Source of the DNA: Alphaproteobacteria bacterium
GTDB taxonomy: Bacteria > Pseudomonadota > Alphaproteobacteria > MPNO01
Direction: 5' to 3'
DNA: 64,000 nt
NCBI GenBank assembly: GCA_965248835.1
Contig: CBDFLJ010000001.1
Location: forward strand, 448,001-512,000
Part shown: piece after piece, positions 23,053 through 33,805 of the stretch
How the letters are laid out: each line of letters starts with the position of its first letter
Numbering within the stretch: the first letter of the stretch is position 1
Made by a program: the position numbers and the translations under genes
Notes under the pieces: generated by a model
What the model was told of the DNA's origin: nothing
Database searches by the model: none
What the model saw: the letters and a program-made list of their open reading frames with translations, nothing else

Positions 23053-24170
23053 AGCGGCTCTCCGCCGACCCGGCGCCGGGTCAGAGCCAGCACCATGCCG
23101 ATCGCCAACGCCACCGCGATCATCGACGAGCCGCCATAGGAGATGAACGGCAGCGTCATTCCCTTGGTCGGGATCAGCCGCAGCGTGGAGCCCATGTGAA
23201 CCGCCGCTTGCAGGCCGAACTGGACCAAGAGTCCGGTGAGCGCGATCATCACGTAGAGGCTGGTCTCCTGAAGTGCATGGAACAGGCCGCGCAGAACGAC
23301 GACGGCGAACAGGCCGAGGATGGCAAGGCAGGCGATCAGGCCGAACTCCTCGCCGGCGACCGCGAAGATGAAGTCGGCGTGGGCATCGGGCAGGCTCTCC
23401 TTGACCGTGCCTTCGCCCGGGCCGCGGCCCAGCAAGCCGCCGTTCATGAAGGCCTGCAACGACCTGTCGACCTGGAAGCTGTCGCCCGACCCGGGATCGA
23501 GGAAGAGGTCGATGCGGTTGGCGACATGGGGCAGCAGCAGATAGGCGCCGATCATCGATCCGAGGGCGCCTGCGGCAAGCCCGACCGCCCAGGACAGCGC
23601 GAGCCCGGCCAGCAGGAACTGCGCGAACCAGGCCGCGGTGACGACGCAGGCCATGCCGATATCGGGCTGCAGGATCAGCAGCCCGACCACCAGAACGAAC
23701 AGCCCGACGGCGGCGGTCCGTCCCTCCGACCGGCCCGCTTCGCGGTACTGGGCAAAGCCCCAGGCGGCGACGATGGCCAAGGATGGCTTGATGAACTCGG
23801 AAGGTTGGACCGACAGCGGGCCGAGATCGAGCCAACGCCGCGCGCCGTTGATCTGCTCGCCGGCGAAAAAGGTCACAGCGATCCCGGACAGCGCCAGGCC
23901 GAAGACGGCGAACGCCAGTCGGCGCACCGCCCTGGGCGACAGCAGCGAGACGCCGATCATGATCGCGCAGGCCAGCGGCATATAGGCGACCTGGCGCCAC
24001 GCCAAATGGTAGGGGTCCAGCCGCAGGCGCTCCGCAACCGACGGGCTCGCCGCCAGCACCAGCAGGACGCCGCAGGCCAGCAGAAGCGCGACCGCGGCCA
24101 GGGTCCACCGGTCGATCGTCCACCACCAGCGCCCGAGGACCGATGTGTCGGTGCGGGTGAACGCGCTCAT
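23049..24170 (-). CDS. ftsW: SEDS peptidoglycan polymerase FtsW
   Basis: GARRW, QPSEFIK, LQPDIG, AHADFIF, PTKGMTLPFISYGGSS. Confidence 0.97.
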   Translation of the reverse strand: MSAFTRTDTSVLGRWWWTIDRWTLAAVALLLACGVLLVLAASPSVAERLRLDPYHLAWRQVAYMPLACAIMIGVSLLSPRAVRRLAFAVFGLALSGIAVTFFAGEQINGARRWLDLGPLSVQPSEFIKPSLAIVAAWGFAQYREAGRSEGRTAAVGLFVLVVGLLILQPDIGMACVVTAAWFAQFLLAGLALSWAVGLAAGALGSMIGAYLLLPHVANRIDLFLDPGSGDSFQVDRSLQAFMNGGLLGRGPGEGTVKESLPDAHADFIFAVAGEEFGLIACLAILGLFAVVVLRGLFHALQETSLYVMIALTGLLVQFGLQAAVHMGSTLRLIPTKGMTLPFISYGGSSMIAVALAIGMVLALTRRRVGGEPL

Positions 24171-25558
24171 CCGGCGCCCTCCCTGGAGCCGGCGAGCGTG
24201 CGCACCCGGTCGCGGAACGCATCGCCGCGCGCACCGAAGGACGGCCATTGGTCGAACGAGGCGCACGCCGGTGATAGCAGCACGATGCCGCCGGGTTCGC
24301 CGTCGGTCTGGGCGCCCGCATGCGCGGCCTCGAGCGCCCGGTCCAGCGCGCCGCAGCGCGTGGTCGGGATGCGATCGCCGATCTCGGCGGCGAAGCGGTC
24401 CTCGGCCTCGCCAATCAGATAGGCATGCCGGACCCGGTGAAGCTCCGGCAGCACGGCCTCCAGCCCATCGGCCTTGGCGAGCCCGCCGGCGATCCAGTAG
24501 ATCCGGTCATAGCTGCGGATCGCCCGCAGCGCCGCCTCGCCGTTGGTCGCCTTGGAGTCGTTGACGTAGGCGACGTCGCCGATGCGCGCGACCATCTCCT
24601 GGCGGTGCGGCAGGCCCGGATAGCTCGCCAACGCCTCCGCGATGACGGCGGCATCCACCCCGAGCGCGCTGGCGGCTGCGAACGCGGCGGCGGCATTCTG
24701 GTGGTTGTGCGATCCGGGCAGGGTCTGGATGCCGCGCAGGTCGGCTACCGGGATATCGGGGGAGGCGGACGCGCCGTCGAACAGCCGACCGCCGATCACG
24801 TAGACCCCACGGTCGGCGATTTTATCGACGGCGATGGGAATGGTGCGCCAGTCAGGGTCGCGGGCAATTTCGATGCCGAGGCGGTTGGATATCTCGTCAT
24901 CGAGGCCGATGACCGCGGTCTGCCCGGGGCCGCCGGCGCGCTTGCGGAAGATGCGCCGCTTGGCCGCAACGTACCCGTCCATGCCGCCGTGCCGGTCGAG
25001 GTGATCGGCGGTGATATTGAGCAGGACCGCGATGTCGAAGCGGGTCTGCACGATCAGGTCGAGCTGGTAGGACGACAGCTCCAGCACGTAGATCCCCTCG
25101 TCCCCCAGTGCCGGCAGGCCGAGCGCCGGCGGGCCGAGATTGCCGCCGACGGCGACCGGCAGGCCGGCGCGCACCAGGACGTGGCCGAGCAGCGCGGTGG
25201 TGGTCGACTTGCCGTTGGTGCCGGTAATGCCGACGAGCGTGGCGCCGCTGACCGTCTCGCCCAACAGCTCGATATCGCCGATCACCGGGCATCCCGCCGT
25301 GCGCGCCCGGGCCACGACGGGATGCGGCGCGGGATGGGTCAGCGGGACGCCGGGGCTCGGGACCAACGCCGAGACCGCCCGCCAGTCCCAGCCGCCCGGA
25401 TCGCTGAGCGCGATCCGGGCGGCCGCGCGGGCATCGGCGGAATCATCCCAGGCGAGCACCTGCGCGCCGCCTTCGATCAGCGCCGATGCGGTCGCGGTCC
25501 CGGAGCTGCCGAGCCCGAGGACGGCAAGGGTCTGGTCTTTGCGGCTCGCCACGCGCAT
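24167..25558 (-). CDS. murD: UDP-MurNAc-L-Ala--D-glutamate ligase
   Basis: ITGTNGKSTTT, ELSSYQL, NDSKATN, LSPACASFDQ. Confidence 0.97.
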   Translation of the reverse strand: MRVASRKDQTLAVLGLGSSGTATASALIEGGAQVLAWDDSADARAAARIALSDPGGWDWRAVSALVPSPGVPLTHPAPHPVVARARTAGCPVIGDIELLGETVSGATLVGITGTNGKSTTTALLGHVLVRAGLPVAVGGNLGPPALGLPALGDEGIYVLELSSYQLDLIVQTRFDIAVLLNITADHLDRHGGMDGYVAAKRRIFRKRAGGPGQTAVIGLDDEISNRLGIEIARDPDWRTIPIAVDKIADRGVYVIGGRLFDGASASPDIPVADLRGIQTLPGSHNHQNAAAAFAAASALGVDAAVIAEALASYPGLPHRQEMVARIGDVAYVNDSKATNGEAALRAIRSYDRIYWIAGGLAKADGLEAVLPELHRVRHAYLIGEAEDRFAAEIGDRIPTTRCGALDRALEAAHAGAQTDGEPGGIVLLSPACASFDQWPSFGARGDAFRDRVRTLAGSREGAG

Positions 25559-25562
25559 CGCT

Positions 25563-26651
25563 TTAGCGCAGCTTCAGCGTCGACAGGCCGGCCAGCGCCA
25601 GCACGGTCGCGATGATCCAGAACCGGATCACGATGGTCGATTCGGCCCAGCCCTTGTGCTCGAAATGGTGGTGCAGCGGCGCCATGCGGAAGATCCGCCG
25701 GCCGGTCAGCTTGAAGGATACGACCTGGACGATCACCGAGATCGTCTCCAGGACGAACAGCCCGCCGATGATCGCCAGCACCAGCTCGTGCTTGGTGATC
25801 AGGCTGACCGCGCCCAGCGCCCCGCCGACGGAAAGCGAGCCGGTATCGCCCATGAACACCATCGCCGGGGGTGCGTTGAACCACAGGAACCCCAGACCGG
25901 CGCCGACGAGAGCGCCGCAGAACACCGCAAGCTCGCCCGCGCCGCGGACGTGATGGATCTGCAGGTAGCTGGAAAACACCGCGTTGCCCGCCAGATAGGC
26001 GATGATCGCGAAACAACCTGCGGCGATCAGGGCCGGCATGATCGCCAGCCCATCAAGCCCGTCGGTCAGGTTGACCGCGTTCGAGGCGCCGACCATCACC
26101 AGCACCGCCCACGGCACGAAGAACCAGCCGAGCGGCACCAGCACGTCCTTGAAGAAGGGAACCGTCAGGCCGTCGGCAAGCGGACCCAGCGTCACCGCGC
26201 CCATCCAGAACGCCGCGGCCACGCCGATGACCACCTGTCCGAGGATCTTGGACCAGCCGGACAGGCCTCGGCTCGACCGGCTGCTCAGTTTCATATAGTC
26301 GTCGATGAGCCCGATCGCGCCGAAGGACATCGTCACCAGGAGCGCGATCCAGACATACTGGTTGGTCAGATCCGCCCACAGCACGGTGGCGATGAGGATC
26401 GAGAACAGGATCAGCACCCCGCCCATCGTCGGCGTTCCCTTCTTGGTCAGCAGGTGCGATTGCGGCCCGTCCTCACGGATCGGCTGGCCCGCGCCCTGCT
26501 GCAGCTTGAGCCAACGAATGATCGACGGCCCGAAGATCAGGGTCAGGAACAGGGCCGTCATCGCTGCCCCGCCGGTCCTGAGCGTGATGTAGCGGAACAG
26601 GTTGAAAATGCCGACCTCGTCGGCGAACGGGAAAAGCGCGTTATAGAACAT
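25563..26651 (-). CDS. mraY: Phospho-N-acetylmuramoyl-pentapeptide transferase
   Basis: [39 protein letters not shown]. Confidence 0.98.
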   Translation of the reverse strand: MFYNALFPFADEVGIFNLFRYITLRTGGAAMTALFLTLIFGPSIIRWLKLQQGAGQPIREDGPQSHLLTKKGTPTMGGVLILFSILIATVLWADLTNQYVWIALLVTMSFGAIGLIDDYMKLSSRSSRGLSGWSKILGQVVIGVAAAFWMGAVTLGPLADGLTVPFFKDVLVPLGWFFVPWAVLVMVGASNAVNLTDGLDGLAIMPALIAAGCFAIIAYLAGNAVFSSYLQIHHVRGAGELAVFCGALVGAGLGFLWFNAPPAMVFMGDTGSLSVGGALGAVSLITKHELVLAIIGGLFVLETISVIVQVVSFKLTGRRIFRMAPLHHHFEHKGWAESTIVIRFWIIATVLALAGLSTLKLR

Positions 26652-28059
26652 GGCTTGGCTGCGCTTCCTGCGCGGCGGACAACAGATGCTCCACCACCGC
26701 TGCCATGCGGCTTGCGTTTGACCCCTTCACCATCACGACGTCGCCGGCCCCGACCGCCGCGGCCACCAAGCCCGCCAGCACCTGCCCGCTGTCCGCGCTC
26801 GCGCCGCGCATCGCCGCCGGCAGGCGGTCCAGCGCAAGCCGCATGTCGCCGGCCGCATGCACCAGATCGATCCCGTTGGCGATCAGCGGGCCGGCAAGCC
26901 CGGCATGCAGCGCGTCGGAGTCGGAGCCGAGCTCGCGCATGGAACCCAAAACCGCGATCCGCCGACCGCCAGGGGCCGGTGCGATCCGGCCGAGCGTCTC
27001 GATCGCGGCCCGCACCGAGGCCGGATTGGCGTTGTAGCTGTCATCGATCAGCGTGAACGTCCCGCCGCTGCAAGCCACGACATGGCTGCGCCCGCGTCCG
27101 TCGAGCGCCGGCAGATCGGCGAGTGCGGCGGCCGCGCGTTCCAGATCGGCGCCCAGCGCGTCGGCCGCGGCCAGCGCCGCCAGCGCGTTCAGCACCCAGT
27201 GCCGCCCCGGCAAGGCGGTCCGAAAGCCGATGCGCCGGCCGGCGAGGTCTGCCTCGACCGTGCTGCCGTCGGGCGCGAGCGCGATGTCGCAAGCGCGGTA
27301 GTCGGCCTCGCCCGTGCCGAAGCTCACGATCCTCGCCCCGGGCCGTTGCGATGCCGCGCTGCGCAACCGCTCGAAGAATGGGTTGTCGCGGTTGAGGATG
27401 CAGGTGCCGCCTGTCTCGAGCCCTTCGAAGATCTCCGCCTTCGCGTCGGCGATGCCTTCCAAGGAGTCGAAGAAGGCGGTGTGCGCCGCCTCGACATTGG
27501 TGATGACCGCGACATGCGGGCGGACGAGCCGCGATAACGGTGCGATCTCGCCGGGATGGTTCATGCCGATCTCGAAGATTCCGAAGGCGGAACTACGCGG
27601 CATCCGCGCGAGCGACAGCGGCACGCCCCAGCAGTTGTTGTAGCTCGCCGCGCTGACCGCGGTCGGGGCCTGGCCGCCGAGCACATGGCCCAGCGCCTCC
27701 TTGGTGCTGGTCTTGCCGACGCTTCCCGTGACCGCGGCGATCCGCGCGCCTGTTCGGTCGCGCGCCGCGGCGCCGAGCGCGCCGAGCGCGGCCAGGGTGT
27801 CGGTGACTTCGAGCAGCGGCGCATCGGGGCCGATCTCCGGCGGCCTGCGATGCACCACCGCCGCAACCGCGCCGGCGCCAAGGGCCTGGGATACGAAGGC
27901 GTGGCCATCGTTCTGCGGCCCTTCTATGGCGACAAACAGATCGCCCGGCGCGGTCGTGCGGCTGTCGATCGAGACACCCTCCGCCCGCCAGGTGCCGAGA
28001 TCGAGGGCACCGGTCGCGCGCGCCGCCTCCACGGCGGTCCAAAGGGGCGCGCCGCTCAC
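26641..28059 (-). CDS. murF: UDP-MurNAc-tripeptide--D-Ala-D-Ala ligase
   Basis: [30 protein letters not shown]. Confidence 0.96.
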   Translation of the reverse strand: MSGAPLWTAVEAARATGALDLGTWRAEGVSIDSRTTAPGDLFVAIEGPQNDGHAFVSQALGAGAVAAVVHRRPPEIGPDAPLLEVTDTLAALGALGAAARDRTGARIAAVTGSVGKTSTKEALGHVLGGQAPTAVSAASYNNCWGVPLSLARMPRSSAFGIFEIGMNHPGEIAPLSRLVRPHVAVITNVEAAHTAFFDSLEGIADAKAEIFEGLETGGTCILNRDNPFFERLRSAASQRPGARIVSFGTGEADYRACDIALAPDGSTVEADLAGRRIGFRTALPGRHWVLNALAALAAADALGADLERAAAALADLPALDGRGRSHVVACSGGTFTLIDDSYNANPASVRAAIETLGRIAPAPGGRRIAVLGSMRELGSDSDALHAGLAGPLIANGIDLVHAAGDMRLALDRLPAAMRGASADSGQVLAGLVAAAVGAGDVVMVKGSNASRMAAVVEHLLSAAQEAQPSHVL

Positions 28060-29528
28060 GCGGCAATGCCCCCGAGCGCGCGTGCGGCCTCGCGGGCTAT
28101 CTCGACATCGTCGAACGGGTGCACGCAATCGCCGATGATCTGGCCGGTCTCGTGACCCTTGCCGCTGATGACCAGGACGTCGCCCTGGCGAAGCTCGGCG
28201 ATAGCGACCCGGATGGCCTCGGCCCGATCGCCGATCTCCCGCGCCCCGGGGCAAGCCGCGATCACCGCGTGCCGGATCGCGGCGGGGTCCTCGCTACGCG
28301 GGTTGTCATCGGTCACGATCACCCGGTCGGCAAGCCGCGCCGCGGTCTCGCCCATCTGCGGCCGCTTGCCGGGATCGCGGTCCCCGCCGCATCCGAAGAC
28401 CACCGCAAGCTGGGCTTCGGCATGCTGTTTGAGTGCGGCAAGCGCATGCGAGAGCGCATCCGGCGTGTGGGCGTAGTCGACATAGACCGGCGCGCCGCCG
28501 GGGCCGCGCGCGGCAAGCTGGAGCCGGCCGGGCGGTGCCCGGAGGGTCTCGAACGCTTCGATCGCGGCCTGCCAGTCATCGCCCGCGCCGGCGATCAGGC
28601 CAACCGCGCACAGCGCGTTGGCGACCTGGAATCCGCCCGCCAGCCCGAGCCGGACCTGGCATGCCTGCCCGAATGCGACCAGTTCGACCACCTGGCCGTC
28701 GGCGTCGGGCACGCAGTCGAGGACCCGCAGCTCGCCGGCAGCGAGCCCGTAATCGATCACCGGGCAGCCCCGTTCGATGCAAGAGCTGGCGAACGCGCCG
28801 AACTCGGGGCTGTCGGCATTCAGCACCGCGGTGGCGCCGGGCGGCAGCATTTCGTCGAACAGCCGCCGCTTGGCGGTGCGGTAATCCTCGAACGAGACGT
28901 GGTAGTCCAGGTGATCGCGCGACAGGTTGGTGAACCCGGCCGCGGCGATCCGCACGCCGTCGAGGCGATGCTGCGCAAGACCATGGCTCGATGCCTCCAG
29001 CGCCGTTCGCTCGGTTCCCGCACGGGCAAGCGAGGCGAGCTCGCGGTGCAGCGTGACCGGATCCGGCGTGGTCAGCGCGCCGGATCGCCGCGCCGAGGTA
29101 TGATCGATCCCCAGCGTGCCGATGCTCGCCGCATCCCGGCCCATCGCCGTCCAGATCTGGCGCGCGAACATCGCCACCGACGTCTTACCGTTGGTTCCGG
29201 TAACTGCAACGACGATCTCGGGCTGCGGCTGGTGGAATCGGGCCGCCAGCAAGGCGAGGCGGCGGCGCGGGTTGTCATCGGTGAGAATGCAGATCCGTTT
29301 CTCGGCGTCCTTGAAAACGGCGTCCGGCGGCGCGAGCAACGCCACGGCGCCCTTCGCCAGCGCTTCGGCGATGAAATGCCGTCCGTCCGTGGCGATGCCG
29401 GGCAGGGCGGCGAACAGGAAGCCGGGCTCGACCTCGCGGGAGTCCGCAGTGATGCCGGTGATCTCGACGTCTGCGGCACCCGCACCGGTCACCGTGACAT
29501 CGGCGTCGAGAAGATCAATGAGCCGCAA
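28056..29528 (-). CDS. murE: UDP-MurNAc-dipeptide--meso-DAP ligase
   Basis: TGTNGKTS, EASSHG, DYAHTPDA, DDNPR (DAP-specific), GKGHE; TTG start. Confidence 0.96.
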   Translation of the reverse strand: MRLIDLLDADVTVTGAGAADVEITGITADSREVEPGFLFAALPGIATDGRHFIAEALAKGAVALLAPPDAVFKDAEKRICILTDDNPRRRLALLAARFHQPQPEIVVAVTGTNGKTSVAMFARQIWTAMGRDAASIGTLGIDHTSARRSGALTTPDPVTLHRELASLARAGTERTALEASSHGLAQHRLDGVRIAAAGFTNLSRDHLDYHVSFEDYRTAKRRLFDEMLPPGATAVLNADSPEFGAFASSCIERGCPVIDYGLAAGELRVLDCVPDADGQVVELVAFGQACQVRLGLAGGFQVANALCAVGLIAGAGDDWQAAIEAFETLRAPPGRLQLAARGPGGAPVYVDYAHTPDALSHALAALKQHAEAQLAVVFGCGGDRDPGKRPQMGETAARLADRVIVTDDNPRSEDPAAIRHAVIAACPGAREIGDRAEAIRVAIAELRQGDVLVISGKGHETGQIIGDCVHPFDDVEIAREAARALGGIAA

Positions 29529-31233
29529 GGCGCATGCTCCCGCCCGGTGCCTTGACCGCGTCAACGCGTATGCGCGGCTCGATATCGTCGGAGCGCTCCT
29601 CGACCGGCTCGATGCCGAGCAGCGGGCCGATGCGGGCGATGATCCGCCCGACGACGGGCGCCGCGACCCAGCCGCCGGTCGCAAAACCTTTGGTCTCGGC
29701 CGTGCCCTGGGGGTCTTCGAACATGGCCAGCACCACGTATCGAGGCCGGTGTATCGGAAAGGCCGCCACAAAGGAGGCAAGCAGCCGCTTGCGGTCATAG
29801 CCGCCGCTGCCGGCCTGTTCGGCGGTGCCGGTCTTGCCGCCGACCAGATAGCCGGCCGCCACGGCGCGCTTTCCGGTTCCCTTGACGACCGCAAGCCGCA
29901 ACAGCCGGCGCATTTTCTCCGAGGTGGCCGGCGAGAGCACGCGGCGCGGCTTGGCGTTGCCGCGGGTTCCCTCGCGCAGCAGCGTCGGGCGGTGCATCAG
30001 CCCGCCATTGACCACCGCCGCCACGCCGACGGCGAGCTGCAGGGGCGAGACCGCCAGACCATGTCCGTAGCCGATCGTCATCGTGTTGATGTCTCCCCAC
30101 CGGCGCGGGTAGAGCGGCCGGCCGACCTCGCCGATCTCGACCGCGACCGGCCGCAACAGACCGAGCTTGTCGAGGAAGGCGCGCTGGCGATGGCCGCCCA
30201 CGGCAAGCGCCATCTTCGCCGAGCCGATATTCGAGGAATGGATGAAGATTTCAGGGATCGTCAGCCACCGCGCCTGCGGATGAAAATCGCGGATCCAGTA
30301 GCGTGCTACGCGGATCGGCCGGGTCGCGTCGAACCCGTCCGACAGGGTCACCGTGCCGGCTTCGAGCGCGAGCGCGGTGGTGAAGATCTTGAAGGTCGAG
30401 CCCATCTCGTAGATGCCGAGCGTGGCTCGGTTGAAACGCTGCGCGGCAGAGGCCCGCGCCGCCCGGTGGGGATCGAAATCGGGCAGCGAGCCGATCGCCA
30501 CCAGCTCCCCGGTCGCGACGTCGAGGACCAGACCCGCGGCGCCGACCGCGCGGTGGGCGCGCATCGCCTCGGCCAGCGCGGTGCGGAGAACATGCTGGAC
30601 CCGGATGTCGAGCGACAGCACCAGCGGCGCCCCGCGCACCCGGAGATCGCCGTCGAACCGGTGCTCGATCCCGGCAAGCCCCTTTCCGTCGGGATCGGAG
30701 AACCCGACGGCATGGGCGGTCAGCGGACCGGCCGGATAGACCCGCCGCTGATCGCGGCGGAATTGGAGCCCCGGGATGCCGAGACGGTTGATCGCATACT
30801 GCTCCTTGGGCGTCAGATGCCGGCGCAGCACGATGAAACGCCGTCCCGCCCGGAGCTTGGCGGCGGTTGCCGCGAGATCGAGGTCGGGCAGAATCCGGTG
30901 TAGGGCCGCGGCGGTGCGGCCCGGCTCGGGGACGCGCCACGAATCGGCGAGCAACGTCGCGGTCGCCAGGCTGGCGGCGAGCACAACGCCGTTGCGGTCG
31001 GTAATCTCGGCACGCGCCGCCGCGCCGCGGGACAGCGCCGTGCTCGGCGCATCGCGCGGCTCGATCCCGGCCTGCAGCACCGTAACGTCGACCAGGCGCG
31101 CGGCGATCACCATGAAGATCGCGGTCAGCACGGCACCGGACATCAGCAGCCGGCTGCGGCCGACCTCGACAGCCTGCTTGCGCTGACCGTCCAGCCTGAT
31201 CGCGCCGCCGGTGAACCGGGACGGGACGGTCAT
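29515..31233 (-). CDS. ftsI: Division transpeptidase PBP3
   Basis: GSTFK (SxxK), SSN (SxN), GKTGT (KTG); synteny. Confidence 0.96.
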   Translation of the reverse strand: MTVPSRFTGGAIRLDGQRKQAVEVGRSRLLMSGAVLTAIFMVIAARLVDVTVLQAGIEPRDAPSTALSRGAAARAEITDRNGVVLAASLATATLLADSWRVPEPGRTAAALHRILPDLDLAATAAKLRAGRRFIVLRRHLTPKEQYAINRLGIPGLQFRRDQRRVYPAGPLTAHAVGFSDPDGKGLAGIEHRFDGDLRVRGAPLVLSLDIRVQHVLRTALAEAMRAHRAVGAAGLVLDVATGELVAIGSLPDFDPHRAARASAAQRFNRATLGIYEMGSTFKIFTTALALEAGTVTLSDGFDATRPIRVARYWIRDFHPQARWLTIPEIFIHSSNIGSAKMALAVGGHRQRAFLDKLGLLRPVAVEIGEVGRPLYPRRWGDINTMTIGYGHGLAVSPLQLAVGVAAVVNGGLMHRPTLLREGTRGNAKPRRVLSPATSEKMRRLLRLAVVKGTGKRAVAAGYLVGGKTGTAEQAGSGGYDRKRLLASFVAAFPIHRPRYVVLAMFEDPQGTAETKGFATGGWVAAPVVGRIIARIGPLLGIEPVEERSDDIEPRIRVDAVKAPGGSMRLAAH

Positions 31234-31607
31234 TGCCGCCTCCCTTCGGCCGCCATCGAAGCCGGCCCTTCGATCTTGACGAACGGAGCCGACGGGCGCC
31301 GGGCGGGCATCGATTCCGACGCATCGGGCCGCTCGGCGAATGGCAGGTCGGAAATCCTCATCACCTGATCGGGCATCGGCATCCGCAGATCCAGGTGGCG
31401 GCGCGCCAGGTCTTCCAACCGGGCCGGCCGGTTGACGTAGCTCCACTCCGCGCGCAACACGTTGATCGCCTCGATCTGGTCGGCGATGTCGCTGTTTATC
31501 CGGTCGAGCCGGCCTTCCTGCTCCTGGACCTCGGTGTTCACGACGATCGAGAACGCGCCGACGATCACGGCGAGGAGCCCACAGGCGACGGTCGAACGCC
31601 GGCTCAC
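31230..31607 (-). CDS. ftsL: Cell division protein FtsL
   Basis: N-terminal TM, coiled coil, LRAEWSYVNRPARL; between rsmH and ftsI. Confidence 0.85.
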   Translation of the reverse strand: MSRRSTVACGLLAVIVGAFSIVVNTEVQEQEGRLDRINSDIADQIEAINVLRAEWSYVNRPARLEDLARRHLDLRMPMPDQVMRISDLPFAERPDASESMPARRPSAPFVKIEGPASMAAEGRRQ

Positions 31608-32572
31608 GACGCCGTCCCCCGGGCCGGCGCGTGGGTCCGCTCGGCCGCGCGCAGCTTCGCCGAGCGGGCCCGCGGATTGGCCTCGATCTCGGCGTCTGAA
31701 GGCCTGCGGGGGCGGCGGTGCAGCGGCTTGAAGGTCTCGCCGCGGCGGGTCTCGGCGGGCTCCGGCCGATGGCGCGAGGGCCGCGCCCGCAACGACGAGC
31801 GATCGAGAAGGAACTGCTTGACCGTCCGGTCCTCCAGCGAGTGGAAGGTAACCACCGCAAGCCGGCCGCCCGGGCGCAGCAGCGATTCGGCCGCGGCGAG
31901 GCCGCGGCCAAGCTCGCCGATCTCGTCGTTCACATGGATGCGGATCGCCTGGAAGGTGCGGGTCGCCGGGTCGATCGCGTCCTGGCGGGACCTGCGGCCC
32001 GGCCCGGCCGCTTCGCGCACGATCGCGGCCAGCTCGCTCGTCCGCGTGATCGGGCTGCGGCCGCGCGCCCGAACGATCGCACGCGCGATGCGGCGCGCCC
32101 GGCGGTCCTCGCCGAGACGGCCGATGATATCGGCCAAGACGGCCTCGGGCTCCTCGTTGACCACGTCGGCCGCCGACCGGCCTGCGCCCGACATGCGCAT
32201 GTCCAGCGGCCCGTCGCTGCGGAAGGAGAACCCGCGCTCGGGCCGGTCGATCTGCATCGAAGACACCCCGACATCGAGTGCGATGCCATCGACTGCCGCG
32301 ATCCCGCGTTCGGCCAGCAGCGCGTCCATGCGTCCGAAACAGCCCTCGATCAGGGTAAAGCGGTCGCCGTGCGCCGCGCGCAGGCCCACGGCCGCCGCCG
32401 CGGCCGCCGGGTCGCGGTCGATGCCGCAGACCGTGCATCGGGCGGCTTCGAGGAACGCGCGGCTGTAGCCGCCGGCGCCGAAGGTGCCGTCGACATAGAT
32501 CGCGCCGTCGCGCGGGGCGATCGCGGCGATCACGTCGGCCAGCATCACCGAGACATGGGCGGGCGGGCTCAT
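31604..32572 (-). CDS. rsmH: 16S rRNA m4C1402 methyltransferase
   Basis: DGTFGAGGYS, DVGVSSMQID, FHSLEDR, NPRARSAKLR. Confidence 0.98.
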   Translation of the reverse strand: MSPPAHVSVMLADVIAAIAPRDGAIYVDGTFGAGGYSRAFLEAARCTVCGIDRDPAAAAAAVGLRAAHGDRFTLIEGCFGRMDALLAERGIAAVDGIALDVGVSSMQIDRPERGFSFRSDGPLDMRMSGAGRSAADVVNEEPEAVLADIIGRLGEDRRARRIARAIVRARGRSPITRTSELAAIVREAAGPGRRSRQDAIDPATRTFQAIRIHVNDEIGELGRGLAAAESLLRPGGRLAVVTFHSLEDRTVKQFLLDRSSLRARPSRHRPEPAETRRGETFKPLHRRPRRPSDAEIEANPRARSAKLRAAERTHAPARGTAS

Positions 32573-33054
32573 TGGCCGTCCTCCGGCCGCCCGGTGGCTT
32601 GGGCGATGCGGTCGCGCAGGCCGGCGATGGTTTGCTGCTGATGGGCCTCGAAGGCAGACGGCGCCCAGATCTGGAACCGGTTGCCGCGCCCGACGAAGGC
32701 CGCCTGGTCCTCGATCCCGGCATGGGCGACAAGCGCCGCCGGGAGGATGATTCGGCCCTCCCCGTCAAAGGGAAGCTCGCGGATGATCGGCATCACCGCC
32801 TCGACCAGCGGATCGCCGCCGCCCAGAAGGACCTGCTCGAAGTCGCCGCCCTCCAGCGACTGACTGATCCGGCGCGCGTTGAGCTCGTCGAGGACTTCAC
32901 GGCCGAATACTTCCACCGCCGGCTGGCGCAGCGACGGATAAGCGATAAGTCCCGGGAAGCTCGATCCCGACAACACGGCGCGAAACGGCGCCGGCACCGA
33001 AACACGGCCCTTGCGGTCGACTTTGTTCACGTAGGTCGACAGAAACGCGGTCAA
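32569..33054 (-). CDS. mraZ: Division/cell wall cluster transcriptional repressor MraZ
   Basis: DRKGRVSVP and DGEGRIILP repeats; TTG start after GGAGGGGGAAGG. Confidence 0.93.
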   Translation of the reverse strand: MTAFLSTYVNKVDRKGRVSVPAPFRAVLSGSSFPGLIAYPSLRQPAVEVFGREVLDELNARRISQSLEGGDFEQVLLGGGDPLVEAVMPIIRELPFDGEGRIILPAALVAHAGIEDQAAFVGRGNRFQIWAPSAFEAHQQQTIAGLRDRIAQATGRPEDGQ

Positions 33055-33127
33055 CCTTCCCCCTCCAAGACGCATTCACGTCCGCCGGACCTGAGACCGA
33101 CGGTGCCACGTCCCTCGCCAGCCCGAA

Positions 33128-33171
33128 TGGGACTGGACGGTTTATCATGGGAAAATATGGGCGTCAATGGG
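33128..33171 (-). promoter_or_regulatory. mraZ promoter overlapped by 10-bp-phased TGGG direct repeats (probable MraZ operator)
   Basis: TGGG on the plus strand at 33128, 33148, 33158, 33168; minus strand TTGACG(33167-33162)-17 nt-TAAACC(33144-33139). Confidence 0.7.
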
Positions 33172-33307
33172 CATTATAGTAAATTCGAAGCATAAACAGG
33201 GGCTTTCCAGACCCTCTAAACATTTCGCTTCACCGTCGTCCTGACTGCCGGAAGTCCGCGCCGGCGCAACGGTGTTTAATAATCGCCGGCAATTACGGCA
33301 AATTTAT

Positions 33308-33322
33308 GTTCACTTAATGTTC
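33308..33322. promoter_or_regulatory. Alphaproteobacterial LexA (SOS) box
   Basis: GTTC-ACTTAAT-GTTC, exact GTTC-N7-GTTC in an AT-rich intergenic patch. Confidence 0.65.
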
Positions 33323-33391
33323 TCTTGACGGCAAGCCGGGATATCCAAGTAGAGAAGCGGCGCTATTAGGCGTCAGACCGGGAGGGGCAGA

Positions 33392-33775
<384 letters not shown>

Positions 33776-33805
33776 GAGTAAAGGTGGTCGCGCCGGCGCG
33801 GTTCG

